A stretch of 64,000 nucleotides of DNA from Phoronis australis (Eukaryota; Animalia; Phoronida): NCBI GenBank assembly GCA_002633005.1, contig NMRA01000181.1, positions 62,001 to 126,000 on the forward strand, read 5' to 3'. Positions 49,101 to 64,000 of the stretch are shown here, piece after piece. The translations under genes were made by a program, and so were the position numbers. A model generated the notes under the pieces. It had not been told where the DNA came from. It saw nothing but the letters and a program-made list of their open reading frames with translations, and did not search any database. The first letter of the stretch is position 1, and each line of letters begins with the position of its first letter.

Positions 49101-50381
49101 CAACTGTGGCCATTCACAGTGAATGTATGAAGGTTATCTTTGACAATTTTTTGTTCACTTGTGGTGAGACTTAATTGCAATAATCTCTCAATATGGAGTT
49201 CTCTTATCTATGAACTCTATATATTTTTGGTAATCAGGCATCAACCTAGACAAATCTGTACCATATTTCAGTGATCCTTTACATCTTGCTCTCATGACAA
49301 GTAGAAAATTGAAGGTTTCCTTCACAAATCATGGTTGTATTGTTAACTATGTTTTTTTGTTTTCGTATAGGCTTATCAACAGGATTACAGCATGTGTACG
49401 GTTGTAGCGAACAGATGTGCAGAGACATCTGGTGGCCATGGTGATGAACCAATCCCTGATGATGCCACTGACCACCTCAGCGGGAACACATCTTCATTGT
49501 TTTCTCAGAGGATAACATTTCCTGGTGAAAATCAGCCAAGGTTGCTTGGAATCCGTCGGAATGACAGTATTGTTGGCCGCTCTAGAAGTGATGAAGAGAA
49601 CCAAAATCATAATCATTACACATCTCTTCCGAACTTAACTTCTCGAAATGCTAATGATCACCAGCGCGAAATGTCTGCTACACATGGTCAACCATCAGAA
49701 GCATATGAGCAAAGGAGTGAAGTTCAAGCAAACATGGAGAACGAATCTCGAGATAGAAACTGTAATCAGAGGTCCAGTGCTGGAAGGACAGAACGAATGA
49801 GCAATTCTAGCCAAACCCTGGATCCCCGCCAGTTGTCCGCCATGTGGGGTATGTTTGTTAGATACCTGCAACAAATGGGCCACAGTGTTGGTGGTGACAA
49901 TGGATTGCCCGACAATCCTCTTCATCGTGGAGCTGCTGCTGAGACCTTGCCAAATAGGCCAATGACCAGGAATAGCAACAATCAATCAGAGCTTCCTCCA
50001 TGGCCAGTGTCAAGGCAAAGCAGCTGTCAAAATTTACCGCACGGTCCATTGTCACGATCGGGTCATCAGAATCTTGGACACATTCGTACACGTTCTTCTC
50101 GTAACACCGTAACATCACAGAGAAATTCCAGCCTTCGTGACCCTCGGATACCGGTTTCCAACAGGTCATTTGTTCACTACCTCACTGGGGTCTCCAGCCT
50201 TGTCACGTATCAAGTTGAACCTCCCCCTCCCTATGCTCAACCTCCGCCATATTTGGAAAATGACACTGTTCCAGAATACACCAGTAACACATCAGCACAG
50301 ACCGACCAGGATGTGTCTTCAGCACAAAACTCATTGTCATTAAACGAGTGCAGCGAAGATGTAATTGAAACAGTCATTTGA
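43149..50381 (+). CDS. Four-transmembrane CD20-like (ENTREP/FAM189/sarcospan-type) protein with long disordered tail and PPxY motifs; ~614 aa, 5 exons
   Basis: Exons 43149-43550, 43967-44023, 45984-46179, 47369-47547, 49371-50381 join in frame (1845 nt) with GT-AG sites. Four hydrophobic helices, Cys-rich loop between TM3 and TM4 (C-x8-C-x-C...C), basic KRR after TM2, tail with PPPPY and PPPY. Family assignment from architecture only. Confidence 0.8.
46655..46715 (-). mobile_element. tRNA-derived SINE fragment
   Basis: Minus strand AAGGTCCTGAGTTCGAGTACCGGTCGGGG has a B-box GTTCGA in a T-arm-like context; no full cloverleaf. Adjacent 46590-46652 resembles 24440-24512 (dispersed repeat). Confidence 0.45.
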
Positions 50382-51104
50382 TTTTCCCTTGACATAATAC
50401 AAAGACGAGTGAAATTTCAGTATCTCTTTTTTTCCATCAAGGAAAACTATCCTCAAATTAATTGTAATCCATGTTCAAGATCTGTACCATAGCTAGTAGT
50501 ATACAAATATTTGGAAAAATGTTAGACACCCTTGAAAAGGAAAAAAGAGAAACTTTGGCAATTGTTTTTTGTGGTGAAATTTTGCAGTATTGATGCAGTC
50601 TGTATGGAGTACCTGGGCTTGCTATATAAAAGTGGGTGATAGATATCAAATGCTAGCAAATAGAGCTGTGTTTTTTATTATTATAATTTTATAAGAATTC
50701 TTGTGTGACTTGTAATTTTACTGAGTTGACCTTTTATCTCAGATGAGTCTGGATAGCTCAAACTAAAGACAGGAAAATTTTAACATGGGTTGATTCACTT
50801 GTTCACGAGTTCATCTTTTGTAAATCAGCTGTATTGTACCCACCTTATACACATTTTCAGATTCAGATGTTTGGTTTCTGATAAAATTATTTTTTTATTA
50901 ATTTTGCCTCTTCCTTGGAACACACGATTCTGTTTTAACTTTATTAAGTGTTCAGAGATTTTTTTACAATATTGTTGCTATTTTACACACATTCCAAAAT
51001 GAAGCATTTGTCACATCCTTTGTACATTTTATTTTGTGTGTTGTTATTTATACTTTGTAGTAAGAAGTATTTTGTACCAGCATTTGTTAATAGATGGATT
51101 TTGT

Positions 51105-51110
51105 AATAAA
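51105..51110 (+). terminator. Polyadenylation signal of the tetraspan gene
   Basis: AATAAA ~720 nt after the stop at 50381, at the end of a U-rich 3'UTR, followed by GTGTTGTC. Confidence 0.55.
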
Positions 51111-52266
51111 CTTTTGCAATCGAACCTGGCAGTGTTGTCATGTAGTTGTAGTCTCCTCTTCAGCAATGCAAAGTTGAAACACCACGCTTGTTCCAATTGT
51201 CACCCCAGACATTCTTTAAGTACAATTCAGGAATGTGTTCTGTGCCAATTGCAAGGCCTCTAACTAATCCTGTTTTGTTGATTTCACCAAAAACTTATAC
51301 TGACCTTCTTAGAACAATAATGACAAAAAACTTGACTCGTGAGTGAAGGTTTTTGTTCTATTTTTCTTTTGCTTGAGTCATGATGTTGCCCCACTTGAAC
51401 CTGTGGTGTGCGCATGAATTTTTTAAATCGTAGCTTCCGTGTTGATGGAACTGGAACACATCTGTAAGAAGTTTACGTTTTGGACATCATGGCTGTTGTG
51501 CTTTGAACAAGCGTTAAGTTCATAAAAATGGTAAAAACATTGCTGTACCCGGTAGTTCATTTGCTTCAATTGTTGAAACCTATTTCCGCATGGAAAGGCC
51601 TTTGTGTAGAGATATGTTGCCTACACTTTGTCGAAGCATGACGGGCACGGCCCAAGGAAACAGTGTAATGATATCACTGTGGCGTACCAATTTCTTCCAC
51701 CGTACATGTCGCACATGGGTGCATAGAAAGAAGTTGACGACTAGATTAGTTACTATGACCGATTCAGTGATTCAAGATTTTAAGCAGTACTGCCACCTGA
51801 TCATTTTTCGAACCCTGAGTAAAATTTTCATTATTTTAAAATCTCATTATTGGACTTAGAGTACCACCACCACCATGTACCAAACCACTCAGTCATCTCA
51901 AAAATCAAAATTGTATCTCTCTGACCCATGGAGGTACGATTCTGACTTGTAAATCTATTTATGCAAAATTTACACCGCATGAGTTTTGCCAAGGAAAATC
52001 AGTTACATCTTGTATCTTTGACCATTTAATGTAAGTATCTGTGAATGTTTTCTAAGCACTGGTCTCAAAATTCATTAACACAATCAGTCCTTAAACTAAA
52101 CGGTTATTGTGGGAAATCAGCTGCTCAGTCTTGGATGTGTTGTTACGAGTGGTTGGAAACACGAACCTACCACAATGTGCGTTAAGGTTTTAGCGAACGT
52201 CAGGAAGACTACATAAAACGAACACACCAAGACACAACAGAGAACTTCTAAGAAAAACCAAATAGT

Positions 52267-52272
52267 TTTATT
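52267..52272 (-). terminator. Probable polyadenylation signal of ferrochelatase (~2 kb 3'UTR)
   Basis: AATAAA (minus) followed by U/GU-rich TTTGGTTTTTC...TGTTGTGTC; intervening sequence is U-rich on minus strand. Confidence 0.45.
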
Positions 52273-54320
52273 TAAGCTAACTATGTACATGTATCTCTAT
52301 TATCCATCATGATATTAAAGCAGCATCCTAAACAAAATCATGCAAACAAAAGATAAACAAGAAATAAAATAACACAGTTACTAACTGAACACCATTATAG
52401 TCAGTTCATGTTTCTAGACAAACTGGGAAATAAATGTCTGGCAATCACAGGACAAAATATGTCTGACAAATGCAGAAACCGTCACAGTCTTTCACGACTA
52501 TTCAAAAGGATATTTAGCAGATATTACTGCTAGGACTACACACCTCCAATCTGAAACAAAATAATGCCTCATGACCCTCGTCAACCCTGAACACTTTGGA
52601 ACAAGTTTGGAACTCATCTTTCAAGCATGACCGACGCCCTGTGCCAGTTATTACCTTGTTGTGGGAACAAAAATACCACTTTAAAGCACAAAATCCACTC
52701 TGCAATGTATTTACGAAGTACTTTAATTCAGTAACACCTGTTCAATTTCAAGAATTGCACTATGTCCTAAAGAATAATGAGTGGCGATAACTTTCAGGTC
52801 AAATCCACACCTTTTATTTCAGGAAAGTACAATATGTCTCATTACATGTCGGGCAATGACCAATTCTAAGTCAAATCAACAAAAGAGAGTTCTGAGAACT
52901 TAAAAAACTTAAACAGAAAACTCCAGGTTAACAATTTCTTTAAAAAATGTGTTTTCAAAGTCACTGCCCGGCACTACAGGTAGACAGTGAAGTTTGACGA
53001 TGTCACCCTCAACAAAGGCAGGCCATAATGACAAGGTTGTTATACAACATTTAAAGGAACAGAATGAGTTTCAGAACATGACAAATACCAAAAATTTATG
53101 AAACTGAATGCATTTTATAACTGCCAGGAAAGTCTACAAAATTTCTTGATGTAGCAGAAGAACTACCTGAAATTTTCACCTTTTTACCTTCATGGGTGGA
53201 AATCAAAATTAGATCAACAAAACTCCAAACGAATCTTAATGACATTTTGACTACTTTTAAACAGCATTATGACTCACAGACAATTATCTAATTATATCAA
53301 TGTGTATAAAAGCAATTCAGTAGAAAATGCGGTATATTAAATTTTCAAATAACAGAATGTCACTAAAATGCTGATACATTAGTCCCATCCTTGTGCGTAA
53401 GCAACATGCAACGAATTTTAACATTATAGTAAAACAATGATTAAATCTGATTATAGTTTCCACTCAACAATATTATACCACTATATCCCTAACAAGGAAT
53501 TTCCACTATTATTTCATGTGACAAAAACTGCCAGATGAACTATCAGCAGTTTAACCTATCACTAATAATAAATCACAATTACTATATTGTTATCAACAAA
53601 AACATTATTTTTTATTGCTAACATGAAAACACAAAGTCAAATAAAATAACATCAGTGGCAAATGAAACTAAAAACACTCACCATAACGACCAAATTTTTA
53701 AGACCAACTTATCCATCACAAAATAAAATTAATTTTCATATTTCAAACTTTCTGAAGAAACTCCAACTGATTTTACTCAGTAGCTGAGTAACTCTTTGGC
53801 CACACACTACCATAGGACATGATTACTGTCCCCAAAGATCTTCCAACTTGGCAAATTAAGAAACACAGATATTGGAACTATTAGTATTTTTGGATTGAAG
53901 TACAATCATGTGCAAGCCAACAATTTGTTATTGAACAATATACTCCACCTGGTTTGTACAAAATTCAAGGCCATAACAAACAATCACCAAAATTGGAAAA
54001 AATGATGCAGGATCAGAAGTACCGTTCTGAGTGAATATTATGAAAAAGTAATTTATTTTATTCAACTTGTTTTAGTGTGTATTATCGATGCAAATCAATT
54101 TTCGTAAAATTTCAGAATGGAGATTTAATTACTTAAAATAAAGACACCATAAAACCATTTTTAATAGTAGCTCACCCTCAAAACAATGAATACTTGTATG
54201 GATATCAGACATGGACTACAAGATCTGTTGATGAGCTCAGCTGTCTGCCTTAACTGAATTGCAGCTCAGCTCAGAGGCTGATGCTGGTCACCTGCACATA
54301 GCGGGCTGGGTACATGACCT

Positions 54321-63642
<9,322 letters not shown>

Positions 63643-64000
63643 CTAAAACAGTGAGAGAATTGTCCAAAAATTAATTGCTATGCTGTGCGGAAATGTCGAT
63701 TTTAAGTGCTAGTTGAAAGCACGTACCTCAAAGTGCAAAAACACGTTAGTATGAGGTAGTATGAGATGATAGAGTTGCACAAGCGATGCGTGAACCCAGT
63801 TTGGTCCATAGTGTGCAGCAGTCTTCGAAATAAACTAAACAGGCGTTGACAGAATTATTTGTCACTTTCATTGCTGCTACAGAACCATTAAAAAAATTTT
63901 GCCAAGAATTTTAACGTTATTGTGCCAAGTCAGTAATTCTTTTCATCAGACTAATGCCAAATTGCCATTTCTAAATAATTTGACAACTGCATTTTGTTTT

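Noticed and set aside
49695-50343. Overlapping alternative-frame and antisense ORFs in the last tetraspan exon
   Set aside because: Shadow ORFs of a real coding exon; no independent signals.
52260-54320. Iron-responsive elements in the FECH 3'UTR (CAGTGA ~52961, CAGAGT ~52697)
   Set aside because: Flanks do not form the 5-bp upper stem with C bulge.

Overview
Eukaryotic (invertebrate animal-like, AT-rich, intron-containing) genomic DNA, not prokaryotic; the ORF track mostly shows exon fragments and chance ORFs. By splicing GT-AG exons by hand I can build four protein genes: two tandem, intact cathepsin L paralogues (minus strand, 21980-27801 and 35261-41200, same 8 coding-exon structure), a divergently transcribed ~614-aa four-transmembrane CD20-like/ENTREP(FAM189)-type protein with C-terminal PPxY motifs (plus, 43149-50381), and the 3' eight exons of ferrochelatase (minus, 54321-63642; 5' end lies outside the window). 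The rest is non-autonomous DNA transposons/MITEs, tandem repeats and a 760-nt assembly gap. The least explained region is ~8600-17010 (minus): promoter-like YY1 motif, several strong splice sites, a chain of abutting micro-ORFs, a snoRNA-like box C/D element, many K-box (miR-2) sites, a ~6 kb 3'UTR-like tail and a poly(A) signal, but no long ORF. It looks like an unannotated spliced lncRNA or micropeptide gene. All calls are by eye; no database searches were run.
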